Assembly: GCA_031367385.1 (NCBI GenBank)
Contig: JANLPS010000046.1
Location: forward strand, 1-16,590
DNA from: Archangium sp.
GTDB taxonomy: Bacteria; Myxococcota; Myxococcia; Myxococcales; Myxococcaceae
Length of the DNA: 16,590 nt
Direction of reading: 5' to 3'
The position numbers and the translations under genes were made by a program. Positions within the stretch are counted from its first letter, which is position 1; each line of letters starts with the position of its first letter. The notes beneath the pieces are model-generated. The model saw nothing but the letters and a program-made list of their open reading frames with translations, was not told where the DNA came from and made no database searches. This document shows, piece after piece, positions 1 through 7,568 of the stretch.

Positions 1-899
1 GTGGAACGGGCGGAGGCACTGGCGGCGGAAGCGGGACGGGCGGCGGCACTGGCGGCGGAAGTGGCACGGGCGGCGGCACGGGAGGCGGAAGCGGTACGGG
101 CGGCGGCACCGGCACCGGCGGCGGAAGTGGAACGGGCGGCGGCACGGGCGGCGGAACAGGCGGCGGAAGCGGAACGGGTGGCGGCACCGGCGGCGGAACC
201 GGAACGGGCGGCGGCACGGGCACTGACGGTGGCACCGGCGGCGGAACCGGAACAGGCGGCGGCACGGGCACCGACGGCGGCGGCACGGGCGGCGGAACTG
301 GCGGCGGAAGCGGAACGGGTGGCGGCACCGGCGGTGGAACCGGAACAGGCGGCGGCACGGGCACTGACGGCGGTGGCGCAGGTGGCGGCTCGGGAAGCGC
401 CGACGCGGGCCTGCCTTGTCACGTCGTGATCAACGAGCTCAAAGCACAGCGAGCCCTCGACGGTGGCCTCAGCGATGAGTTCGTCGAGCTCTTCAACACC
501 TGCCAGGTCTCCTTCACCTTCAACGTCGGCACGCTCGAAAAGCACTTCCCCGGTGGAGCCATCACCACGCTCGCCGACCTCAGCGGCCTCACCATCGCAG
601 GCAACGGGTTCTTCCTCATCGCCGGCCAGGAGTATTCAGGCACCCAACCCAGCGATGCCCTCTTCACCTCAGCCGATGTCATTCCAGCCTTCGGGGGGGG
701 CCTCATGATCACCGCGGGCGCCGGGGTGATCGACGCAGTCTGTTGGGGCAACGGCGCGACGACTGGCGCGTGCGAAGGGCAGGGGCTTCAGGCGCTATTC
801 GGCAACTCGAGCTTCGCGCGCACGCCGAACGGCAACGACACCAACAACAACTTCCGCGACTTCGTCACTTCGGTCGCCACGCCCAGGGCCGCGAACTAG
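1..899 (+). CDS. 5'-truncated secreted/surface protein: Gly/Thr/Ser-rich linker followed by a C-terminal lamin tail domain (LTD)
   Basis: Frame starting at nt 3 is open to TAG at 897-899. It reads GTGGGTGGGSGTGGG...GTDGG...SADAGLPCH, then VVINELKA...DEFVELFN...GFFLIA...IDAVCWG...SFARTPNGNDTNNNFRDF...TPRAAN, the typical bacterial LTD signature. The start lies upstream of the window. Confidence 0.8.
   Translation, partial: GTGGGTGGGSGTGGGTGGGSGTGGGTGGGSGTGGGTGTGGGSGTGGGTGGGTGGGSGTGGGTGGGTGTGGGTGTDGGTGGGTGTGGGTGTDGGGTGGGTGGGSGTGGGTGGGTGTGGGTGTDGGGAGGGSGSADAGLPCHVVINELKAQRALDGGLSDEFVELFNTCQVSFTFNVGTLEKHFPGGAITTLADLSGLTIAGNGFFLIAGQEYSGTQPSDALFTSADVIPAFGGGLMITAGAGVIDAVCWGNGATTGACEGQGLQALFGNSSFARTPNGNDTNNNFRDFVTSVATPRAAN
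3..400 (+). repeat. Low-complexity coding repeat (GTGGG/GGGSG/GTDGG units) with an internal 95-bp duplication (135-229 vs 276-370)
   Basis: Read directly. The two copies are offset by 141 nt and differ at three positions (158/299, 194/335, 206/347), all third codon positions in frame 3. Confidence 0.9.
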
Positions 900-910
900 G
901 CCGTGACCGC

Positions 911-2956
911 TCACCTCAGCGGCGCGAGCATCGCCTCGAAGGCCTCGATCGTGCTCACCGGCGCCTGACACGCAAAGTGCCGGCACAAGTACGCCGTGGC
1001 ATCGCCGCGCGCGGTGCGGTCCGAGAGCACCTGGGCCGACACCGCGGGTATCTGCTTCGATGGCGCATGCCGGTGCACGCTCAACGTGGGCAAGTACAGC
1101 GCATCGAGGCGTGCCATGAACGCCGTCGGAGCCTCCCCCACTACCGTCACCTCGGCCGCTCCATCGAGGTACGAATCGGCCGCGAGCAGCAAGTGGCCGT
1201 AGCCCAGCGGGTTGTCGAGGCACTCCGCGCGCATCGTCTCGAGGTACTTCGCCGCCTGCTCGAGGTGCCGCGCCCGCCCGGTCAACGCCGCCAACGCCAC
1301 GTGCGCCTCGGTCAATGACGACGCCCCAGAGGGAAACGCGTTGTCATGCAAGGCATAGGTCGGCACCAGCAGGTCTTTCTGGCCCTTCGGCGCCGCCAAA
1401 TACGCCTTCTTCGACGCATCCCAGAACAGCGCGACCGCCTGGTCCGCGAGCTCCTCGGCTGCCGCGAGGTACTTCGCGTTGAAGGTCGCTTGGTAGAGCG
1501 CGACCAACCCGGCGGCGAGGTCTCCGAAGTCTTCGAGCATGCCGTCGAGGCGGGGCTGGCCCTCTTGAAACGAACGGTACAACCCGCCGGTACGCCGCAG
1601 CGTGCGCAGCAAGAAGTCAGCGGCACGGCTGGCCATGGCCGCCCACTCGGGGCGCTCGAAGACCCGCGATGCCAAGGCGAGGCTGCGCAGCATCAGCCCG
1701 TTCCACCCGGCCAGTACCTTGTCGTCACGGCCTGGGGCGACGCGTTTGGCCCGCGCCTCGAACAACACCCGTCGCGCGGAGTCGAACCTGGCCCGATCAC
1801 CCTCGGCTACCGGCTTCGCCGCCTCGAAGATCGAAGCGCCGTGCTCGAAGTTGCCACCGGGCACCACTCCGAAGTGCGTCTTGATGAGCTCCGCATCAGC
1901 CCGGCCCAGCAGCGCCTCGAGCTCCTCGGGCCGCCAGACGAAGAACTTGCCCTCTTCGCCTTCGCTGTCGGCGTCTTGCGCCGCGTAGAAGGCCCCATCG
2001 GGTGACGTCATCTCGCGCTCGACGTAGTTCACCGTCTCTTCGACGACCTTCTTCCACAACGGCCGCGGCTCGAGCTGCATCGCCTCGCTGTACAGATGCA
2101 TCAGCTGCGCGTTGTCGTAGAGCATCTTCTCGAAGTGCGGCACGAGCCAGCGTTCGTCGACCGAGTAGCGAGAGAACCCGCCGCCGAGCTGATCGTAGAT
2201 GCCACCCAGCGCCATTTTCTCGAGCGTGAACAGCGCGCTCTTCAACATCGATTCGTCTTTGGTTCGCCGCCACCCGCGAAACACCAACGCCAAGCTCATC
2301 GGGTTTGGAAATTTCGGGCCCCGCGAGCCGAACCCGCCATTGACCGGGTCGAGCCGTGACGCGGTCTTGCGCGCCGCCGCCTCGACGTCAGCGGGCGCGA
2401 AGGCAGAGCCTGGCTTGCTCGGGTCGAGCCCATACGCGGCGTAGTCGGTCAACCCGGCCTTGAAGCTGTCGGCCTGCTGGTCGAGCTCAGCGCGCTCCTT
2501 GCGCCAGGCTTCGGCGATGCCCAGCAGCAGCGACGAGAACGCGGGCAGCCCATGCCGCGGCGCGGGAGGAAAGTAGGTGCCTCCGTAAAACGGCCGCAAG
2601 TCGGGCGTGAGAAACACGGTCAACGGCCAGCCCCCGCCGCGGCCCATCAGCTGCACCACGCCCTGGTAGAGCTGGTCTAAATCGGGGCGCTCTTCGCGGT
2701 CGATCTTGATGTTGACGAAGTTCGCGTTCATCACCTCGGCGGTCTGCGCGTCTTCGAATGACTCGTGCGCCATCACGTGGCACCAGTGACAGGCCGAGTA
2801 GCCAACCGAGAGCAGAATCGGCTTGTCTTCGGTCTTGGCGCGGGCGAGCGCCTCGTCGGCCCACGGGTACCAGTCGACCGGGTTGCTCGCGTGCTGGCGC
2901 AGGTATGGCGAAGGCTCGGCGGCGAGGCGGTTGCGGTGGGTCGAATCGGCGCTCAT
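911..2956 (-). CDS. yyaL: Thioredoxin-domain-containing protein, YyaL/SSP411 (SPATA20) family: N-terminal thioredoxin-like domain plus six-hairpin glycosidase-like barrel
   Basis: Motifs [90 protein letters not shown] and C-terminal [13 protein letters not shown]. Start set at ATG 2956 ([11 protein letters not shown]), just before the conserved NRL motif. Confidence 0.93.
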   Translation of the reverse strand: MSADSTHRNRLAAEPSPYLRQHASNPVDWYPWADEALARAKTEDKPILLSVGYSACHWCHVMAHESFEDAQTAEVMNANFVNIKIDREERPDLDQLYQGVVQLMGRGGGWPLTVFLTPDLRPFYGGTYFPPAPRHGLPAFSSLLLGIAEAWRKERAELDQQADSFKAGLTDYAAYGLDPSKPGSAFAPADVEAAARKTASRLDPVNGGFGSRGPKFPNPMSLALVFRGWRRTKDESMLKSALFTLEKMALGGIYDQLGGGFSRYSVDERWLVPHFEKMLYDNAQLMHLYSEAMQLEPRPLWKKVVEETVNYVEREMTSPDGAFYAAQDADSEGEEGKFFVWRPEELEALLGRADAELIKTHFGVVPGGNFEHGASIFEAAKPVAEGDRARFDSARRVLFEARAKRVAPGRDDKVLAGWNGLMLRSLALASRVFERPEWAAMASRAADFLLRTLRRTGGLYRSFQEGQPRLDGMLEDFGDLAAGLVALYQATFNAKYLAAAEELADQAVALFWDASKKAYLAAPKGQKDLLVPTYALHDNAFPSGASSLTEAHVALAALTGRARHLEQAAKYLETMRAECLDNPLGYGHLLLAADSYLDGAAEVTVVGEAPTAFMARLDALYLPTLSVHRHAPSKQIPAVSAQVLSDRTARGDATAYLCRHFACQAPVSTIEAFEAMLAPLR

Positions 2957-3045
2957 GGCGCGCACCGTAACCTCGGCGCGCCCAACCGGCCCGCTCGAAT
3001 CTTTCGAATCTCGACGACGACGTGTGAAGTCGGCTAGCACGGGGC

Positions 3046-3690
3046 ATGATCATTCGAACGTCACTGCTTCTCGCCGCACTCACCCTCGTCTCGTGCAAAG
3101 ACCCGTCGAAAGACACCGCCAAAGCGACCGTCGCCGAACCTGCAAAGACCGTGGCCGCGGCCCAAGCGCCTGCCGCGAACGAAGAAACGCTGCCGGTGAC
3201 TTCGGAGAATTCGAAGTTGGGCTTCGTCGCCTCGAAGGTCACCGGGAGCCACGAGGGTGGCTTCAAGAAGTTCACTGGCACGCTGCGCCTCGACCCGGCC
3301 AAGACCGAGGCGAGCCACATCGACATCGACATCGACATGGGCTCGGTGTTCACCGACAGCGAAAAACTGACCGGTCACCTTCAGACCGCCGACTTCTTTC
3401 TGATTGAAAAGTACCCCACGGCGAAGTTCGTGAGCACTCAGATCAAGGCTGGCGGCGAAGGTGGTGCGTCGCACACCATCACCGGCAACCTCACCTTGCG
3501 TGGTGTCACCAAGACCATTTCGTTTCCCGCGGAGGTGACCGTGACGTCGGCGGCGGTGACGGCGAAGGCCGAGTTTGCCCTGCCGCGCTCACAGTTCGGA
3601 GTGGCTTACGCGGGCAAAGCCGATGACCTCATTCGTGAAAACGTGATCATCAAGCTCGACGTGAACGCGCCGCGCGCTGCCGCAAAGTAA
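3046..3690 (+). CDS. yceI: YceI family (polyisoprenoid/lipid-binding) lipoprotein
   Basis: Lipobox LTLVSC and an Ala/Pro linker, then [74 protein letters not shown]. Divergent from yyaL. Confidence 0.92.
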   Translation: MIIRTSLLLAALTLVSCKDPSKDTAKATVAEPAKTVAAAQAPAANEETLPVTSENSKLGFVASKVTGSHEGGFKKFTGTLRLDPAKTEASHIDIDIDMGSVFTDSEKLTGHLQTADFFLIEKYPTAKFVSTQIKAGGEGGASHTITGNLTLRGVTKTISFPAEVTVTSAAVTAKAEFALPRSQFGVAYAGKADDLIRENVIIKLDVNAPRAAAK

Positions 3691-3712
3691 GCGACCCGCG
3701 CGCAAGCCGCTC

Positions 3713-5617
3713 ATGCCCCGCGACGTCTCCCACTTCGAAAAGCTCAAGCGCCTCCTCGAGCTGGAGCGCCGTGACGAGCGCGAGCGCCTCTCCCTCGAGC
3801 GCCAATCGCTGCCGTTGGCCGAGCTCGAGGCCCGCGGCCTGGTCGTGCTCGACGTCGAGCTCACCGAGACCTCGGTCGGCCTGGGCGGCCGCGACCTCGC
3901 TACCTTCACCCGCGCCGATCGCCGCCTGCTCACCGCCCGCCTGGGGCCTGGAGACTTGATCTCCGTCTCTCCACGCAAGGCGCCGATCGAAGACCCGCCG
4001 CAAGGCACCGTCACCCGCTCGACCAAGGCCAACGTGCAGGTGGCGTTCGACAAGCCGCTCCCAGAATGGGCGCAAGAGGGGCGCCTGCGCCTCGACATCA
4101 CCGCCAACGACGCCACCTTCGAGCGCGCGCGAAAGGCCCTCGCCACCATCGCCGCGATGGACAGCGGTCAGGCCCGCGATCGCCGCGAAGTGCTGCTGGG
4201 CAACGCGCCGCCCCGCTTCGAGAAGTTCAAGCCGCTCACGCAGACCCGCCCGCTCAACCCGGAGCAGCTCGAGGCGGTGCAGCTCTCCCTCGCGGCCCGC
4301 GACGTGGCGCTGGTTCATGGCCCGCCCGGCACCGGCAAGAGCACCGTGCTCGGCGAGGTCGCGGTTCAATTCGCCCGCGCGGGCAAACGCATTCTCTGCA
4401 CCGCTGGCAGCAACGCCGCGGTCGATCACCTGCTCGAGCTGTGTCTCGATCAGGGCCTCTCGGCGATTCGCGTCGGCCACCCCGCCCGGGTGTTGCCCCA
4501 TCTGCAACAGCATACCCTCGACCTCACCGTCGAAGAGCACCCCGACCGCATCATCGCCCGCGGCCTGTTCGAAGAGGCCTTCGAGCTGCTCGGCTACGCC
4601 CGCAAGCAACGCAGCCGGGGTCGTAGCCGCGAACGTTTCTCCAATGCCCGCGAGGCCCAATACGAAGCCCGCAAGCTGATGGACGATGCTCGTGCCCTCG
4701 AGCGCAAAGCGGTCGACTCGGTGCTCGGCTCGGCCCAGGTGGTCTGCGCGACCTGCTCGATGCTCGCCGGTCGGGTGCTGCGCGACGAAAACTTCGACGT
4801 GGCGCTGCTCGACGAGGCGACCCAGACCATCGAGCCGCTCGCGTTGATGGCTTTCTTGAAAGCCCCGCTGGTCATTCTCGCCGGAGACCCCCAGCAGCTC
4901 CCGCCGACCATCATCTCGATGGAGGCCGCCAAGCAGGGCCTCGGCGTCTCGCTCTTCGAGCGCCTGCTCCAAGACTGCGGCGATGACGTGAAGCGAATGC
5001 TCAAAGAGCAGTACCGCATGAACGAGCAGCTGATGGCCTTCCCCTCCCGCGAGATGTACGGCGGCGAGCTGCGGGCCCACCCGTCGGTGGCCGCTCGAAC
5101 GCTGCGCGAGGTGCTCAGCACCGACCTCGACGCGCCGCCGGTGCTCTTTCTCGACACCGCCGGCAAAGGCTTCGATGAATCGAAGGCGCCCGGCACCGAA
5201 TCGCTGCGCAACGAGGGCGAGGCGCAGTTGATCTGTGCGCGGGCGCGAGAGCTGATCGCCGCCGGGCTCTCACCCCGCGAGCTGGCCGTCATCACGCCGT
5301 ACCGTGCGCAGGCCGCGTACATTCGCGAGCTGCTCACCGACATCGCCGAGCTCGAGGTCGACACCGTCGACGCGTTTCAAGGCCGCGAGAAAGATGCCGT
5401 GCTGCTCTCGATGGTGCGCTCGAACGCCGAGCAACAGGTGGGGTTTCTCGAAGACCTGCGCCGCATGAACGTCGCGATGACCCGCGCGCGCCGGCACCTC
5501 TTCGTCGTCGGCGACTCTGCGACGTTGAGCGGTCACCCGTTCTACGCGCGATTCTTGGAGTCGGTTGAACGGCTCACAGGCTACCGCTCGGCCTGGGAGT
5601 GGCCCCCAAGCCCGTAA
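3713..5617 (+). CDS. Superfamily 1 helicase, IGHMBP2/Upf1 (DNA2/NAM7-like; AAA_11/AAA_12)
   Basis: Q-motif LNPEQ, Walker A GPPGTGKS, SNAAVD, motif II DEATQ, LAGDPQQLPP, SLFERL, QYRM, ITPYRAQ, TVDAFQGREKD, RRMNVAMTRAR. Confidence 0.93.
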   Translation: MPRDVSHFEKLKRLLELERRDERERLSLERQSLPLAELEARGLVVLDVELTETSVGLGGRDLATFTRADRRLLTARLGPGDLISVSPRKAPIEDPPQGTVTRSTKANVQVAFDKPLPEWAQEGRLRLDITANDATFERARKALATIAAMDSGQARDRREVLLGNAPPRFEKFKPLTQTRPLNPEQLEAVQLSLAARDVALVHGPPGTGKSTVLGEVAVQFARAGKRILCTAGSNAAVDHLLELCLDQGLSAIRVGHPARVLPHLQQHTLDLTVEEHPDRIIARGLFEEAFELLGYARKQRSRGRSRERFSNAREAQYEARKLMDDARALERKAVDSVLGSAQVVCATCSMLAGRVLRDENFDVALLDEATQTIEPLALMAFLKAPLVILAGDPQQLPPTIISMEAAKQGLGVSLFERLLQDCGDDVKRMLKEQYRMNEQLMAFPSREMYGGELRAHPSVAARTLREVLSTDLDAPPVLFLDTAGKGFDESKAPGTESLRNEGEAQLICARARELIAAGLSPRELAVITPYRAQAAYIRELLTDIAELEVDTVDAFQGREKDAVLLSMVRSNAEQQVGFLEDLRRMNVAMTRARRHLFVVGDSATLSGHPFYARFLESVERLTGYRSAWEWPPSP

Positions 5618-5621
5618 TTTT

Positions 5622-5633
5622 TGCAACGTTGCA
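5622..5633. promoter_or_regulatory. Perfect 12-bp palindrome TGCAACGTTGCA, candidate regulator (enhancer-binding protein) site
   Basis: Perfect dyad in an AT-richer intergenic stretch about 60 bp upstream of a sigma54-like element. Confidence 0.4.
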
Positions 5634-5690
5634 GGCTGAAAACTTGTGCGCGCCCTGACTCAACGCATCGAATTCATTGGCACAAGTGAG

Positions 5691-5706
5691 GGGCACGCGG
5701 AGTGCT
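5691..5706 (+). promoter_or_regulatory. Probable sigma54 (-24/-12) promoter GGGCACGCGGAGTGCT
   Basis: GG-N10-GC spacing (GG 5692-5693, GC 5704-5705) with a GGCACG core and TGCT, compared with consensus TGGCACG-N4-TTGCW. The predicted +1 near 5717 lies just before ATG 5723. Confidence 0.55.
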
Positions 5707-5722
5707 CACAGAAGTGCTCGCC

Positions 5723-5893
5723 ATGACCCAGACCCAACCGCAGCTCCAGCTGGTCGACAACGTGTGGACGGTTCGCATCGAGCAGGCCAACGGAAAAGTG
5801 CAGGTATACCGCTGTGCCACCGAGGCCCAGGCCCGGCAAATGGCGATGGTCTTGGTACCGCCGTCGCCTGCGTCGGCCGTCGCGCTCAGCTAG
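5723..5893 (+). CDS. Small hypothetical protein (56 aa)
   Basis: High-GC3 codon usage and a protein-like sequence (VWTVRIEQANGKVQVYRCATEAQARQMAMVL, strands then helix). It fills the gap between the helicase and gtrA. ATG 5723 is preferred because GTG 5702 lies inside the sigma54-like element. Confidence 0.7.
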   Translation: MTQTQPQLQLVDNVWTVRIEQANGKVQVYRCATEAQARQMAMVLVPPSPASAVALS

Positions 5894-6437
5894 CCTTGCT
5901 GGTGACCGTGGCCGCGGCATTCGAACCGCCGCTGGCCTCGTAGATCTCTTTCTTCTCCGAGCGGGGGAAGACGATGTACCGAAGCACCAGCAGCTGCGCG
6001 AAGGTGAAGATCGCCACGTCAGCCACCATCTTCGCCACCACGAAGGGCCAGGCCAGCGAGTCGTGCAGCCAGACCACCAATTGACCGTGCACGATGCTCG
6101 AGAAGCAGGTCACCACGACGAACTTGAGCATCGAGCTCGCCAGCTCGGGGTTCTTCTCTTTGAAGGCGAAGAAGCGGTTCGCGAAGTAGGTGAACGCGCC
6201 GCCGATGATGCTGCCGCTCATCGCCGAGATTCGGGTCTCGACGTGAAAGCCCGAGTTCAAGCTGGTGCCGATGATCAGGTCGATGCCCGTCGCCAGGGCA
6301 CCCACCGCCAGGCTGCGGGTCGCCCACGAGTTCCAAATCGTGTGGAGTCGCTGTTTGAGCTTCGACTCGATCGGCGGGGCGAGGGCGGTAGCGGTAGACA
6401 CAGGGGGGGCCATACTCTCTGCTGTGACAGACGTCAT
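5886..6437 (-). CDS. GtrA family membrane protein (putative undecaprenyl-phosphate-sugar translocase / cell-surface glycosylation)
   Basis: Four hydrophobic segments with the GtrA pattern VGALATGID, FTYFANRFFAFK, KFVVV, AKMVAD..F..LRYIVF. ATG 6413 is an alternative start. Confidence 0.85.
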   Translation of the reverse strand: MTSVTAESMAPPVSTATALAPPIESKLKQRLHTIWNSWATRSLAVGALATGIDLIIGTSLNSGFHVETRISAMSGSIIGGAFTYFANRFFAFKEKNPELASSMLKFVVVTCFSSIVHGQLVVWLHDSLAWPFVVAKMVADVAIFTFAQLLVLRYIVFPRSEKKEIYEASGGSNAAATVTSKAS

Positions 6438-6587
6438 GCGGGCGGGGGTAGCAAGGCCCGCTCCAGCGCCTAAATGGCTATTATTCCATAGCGTCGTACG
6501 CCGAATGACCAGGCAAGCGTGTCACGGTGGCACAGGGCTGGGCGAGGCGTTGCGCACCTCAGCGGGGGTTTTGGGCACATCGCCTTG

Positions 6588-7517
6588 TCAGGTGAAGTGC
6601 TGAAAGCCGCCGGGCCTGCGCCATACCTTTCCGTCCACCAGCACACCTGTGCCCCTGGCGACGGCGCCGATGCGGCTTACCTCGAAGTGCCTCATCGCCG
6701 ATTCGAAGGCCTTTGCGCGGCGCGCCGGCACGGTCACCGCCAGCACGTAGTCTTCGCCTCCAGTCAGCGCGTGCTCGAGCGCCGCGGGCCTCGAGCCGGC
6801 CCAGGCCGTGAGCGCTGCATCGAGGGGCACCAGCGACGTGTCGATCTCGATTCGCACCCCCGAGGCGCGCGCCAGGTGACCCAGGTCTTGGGCCAGCCCG
6901 TCTGAGACGTCGATGCTGGCGCTCGCGAACCGGGCCGCGGCCTGCGCCCACGCCAGGTGCGGCTGCGGCCGACGCTGGGCTTCTTTCAACCGCTCGAACC
7001 CGGCTGACTGTTTGGTGAAGAGCGCCTGAAGCCCCGCACTCGCCAGCCCCAACGGGCCCGACAGGTAGAGCGCGTCGCCAGCCTGTGCGCCTGAGCGCAG
7101 CATCGGGTGCCGCACCGTGCCCGCGACGGTGAGCGTCACGGTCAGCACGGGAGAAGCGGTCACATTGCCGCCGACCAACGCCACGCCATGCACCCTCGCC
7201 AGCGCCGCCATGCCGCGACCGAGCGCGCGAAGCTGCGTGGGCGTGAAGCGCTCGGGCAACCCCAAGGCGCAGACCGCCCAGCTCGGAGTCGCTCCCATCG
7301 CGGCGAGATCTGAGAGGTTCACCGCCAACGCCTTGTGCCCGATGTCTTCGAGCGACGAGGTCTCGCGCGTGAAATGCACGCCTTCGACGACGGCATCGGT
7401 GGTCACACAGCTTTGGGCCGCCGCGGGCAATACCGCCGCGTCGTCGCCCGGCCCGAACGGCGTGGGCACGCGGTCGAACTGCGCCACGAAGGCGTCGATG
7501 CGCTCGAACTCGTTCAT
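6588..7517 (-). CDS. thiL: Thiamine-monophosphate kinase
   Basis: MNEFERI, GPGDDAA, TTDAVVEGVHF, GHKALAVNLSDLAAMGATP, LVGGNV, SIDVSDGLAQDLGHLARASGV, ALTGGEDYVL, GGFQHF. SD-like GAAGGAG lies upstream of ATG 7517. Confidence 0.96.
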   Translation of the reverse strand: MNEFERIDAFVAQFDRVPTPFGPGDDAAVLPAAAQSCVTTDAVVEGVHFTRETSSLEDIGHKALAVNLSDLAAMGATPSWAVCALGLPERFTPTQLRALGRGMAALARVHGVALVGGNVTASPVLTVTLTVAGTVRHPMLRSGAQAGDALYLSGPLGLASAGLQALFTKQSAGFERLKEAQRRPQPHLAWAQAAARFASASIDVSDGLAQDLGHLARASGVRIEIDTSLVPLDAALTAWAGSRPAALEHALTGGEDYVLAVTVPARRAKAFESAMRHFEVSRIGAVARGTGVLVDGKVWRRPGGFQHFT

Positions 7518-7568
7518 GACAATGCCGGCTCCTTCTCGAGTGCGAATTGGGGTAATTCGCTTGCCCTC

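Noticed and set aside
1..400. Possible CRISPR or non-coding tandem array
   Set aside because: No constant repeat with unique spacers and no cas genes. It is low-complexity coding sequence.
1..429. 142-aa Ala/Glu/Arg-rich ORF in frame 1 that looks like a helical repeat protein
   Set aside because: It is an off-frame reading of the Gly/Thr repeat. Frame 3 runs straight into the LTD, and the repeat differences are synonymous in frame 3.
2957..3040. N-terminal extensions from the ORF track (yyaL 3040, pepN 7335, mocA 11921, iorA 14565, tube gene 16581)
   Set aside because: They overlap neighbouring genes or promoters or bury signal peptides. Downstream starts fit family N-termini and the stop/start overlaps.
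3318..3338. Hexamer tandem repeat (CATCGA)n in yceI
   Set aside because: It is in frame and encodes the ordinary HIDIDIDM beta-strand, so it is not a phase-variation tract.
3650..5080. 476-aa minus-strand ORF and other long overlapping ORFs (e.g. 13274-14215, 11762-12655, 2487-3353)
   Set aside because: These are antisense or alternative-frame shadows of well-supported genes and carry no recognisable motifs.
6528..6543. TGGCAC in the thiL-gtrA gap as a second sigma54 promoter
   Set aside because: There is no GC at the -12 position and it points away from any plausible downstream plus-strand gene.
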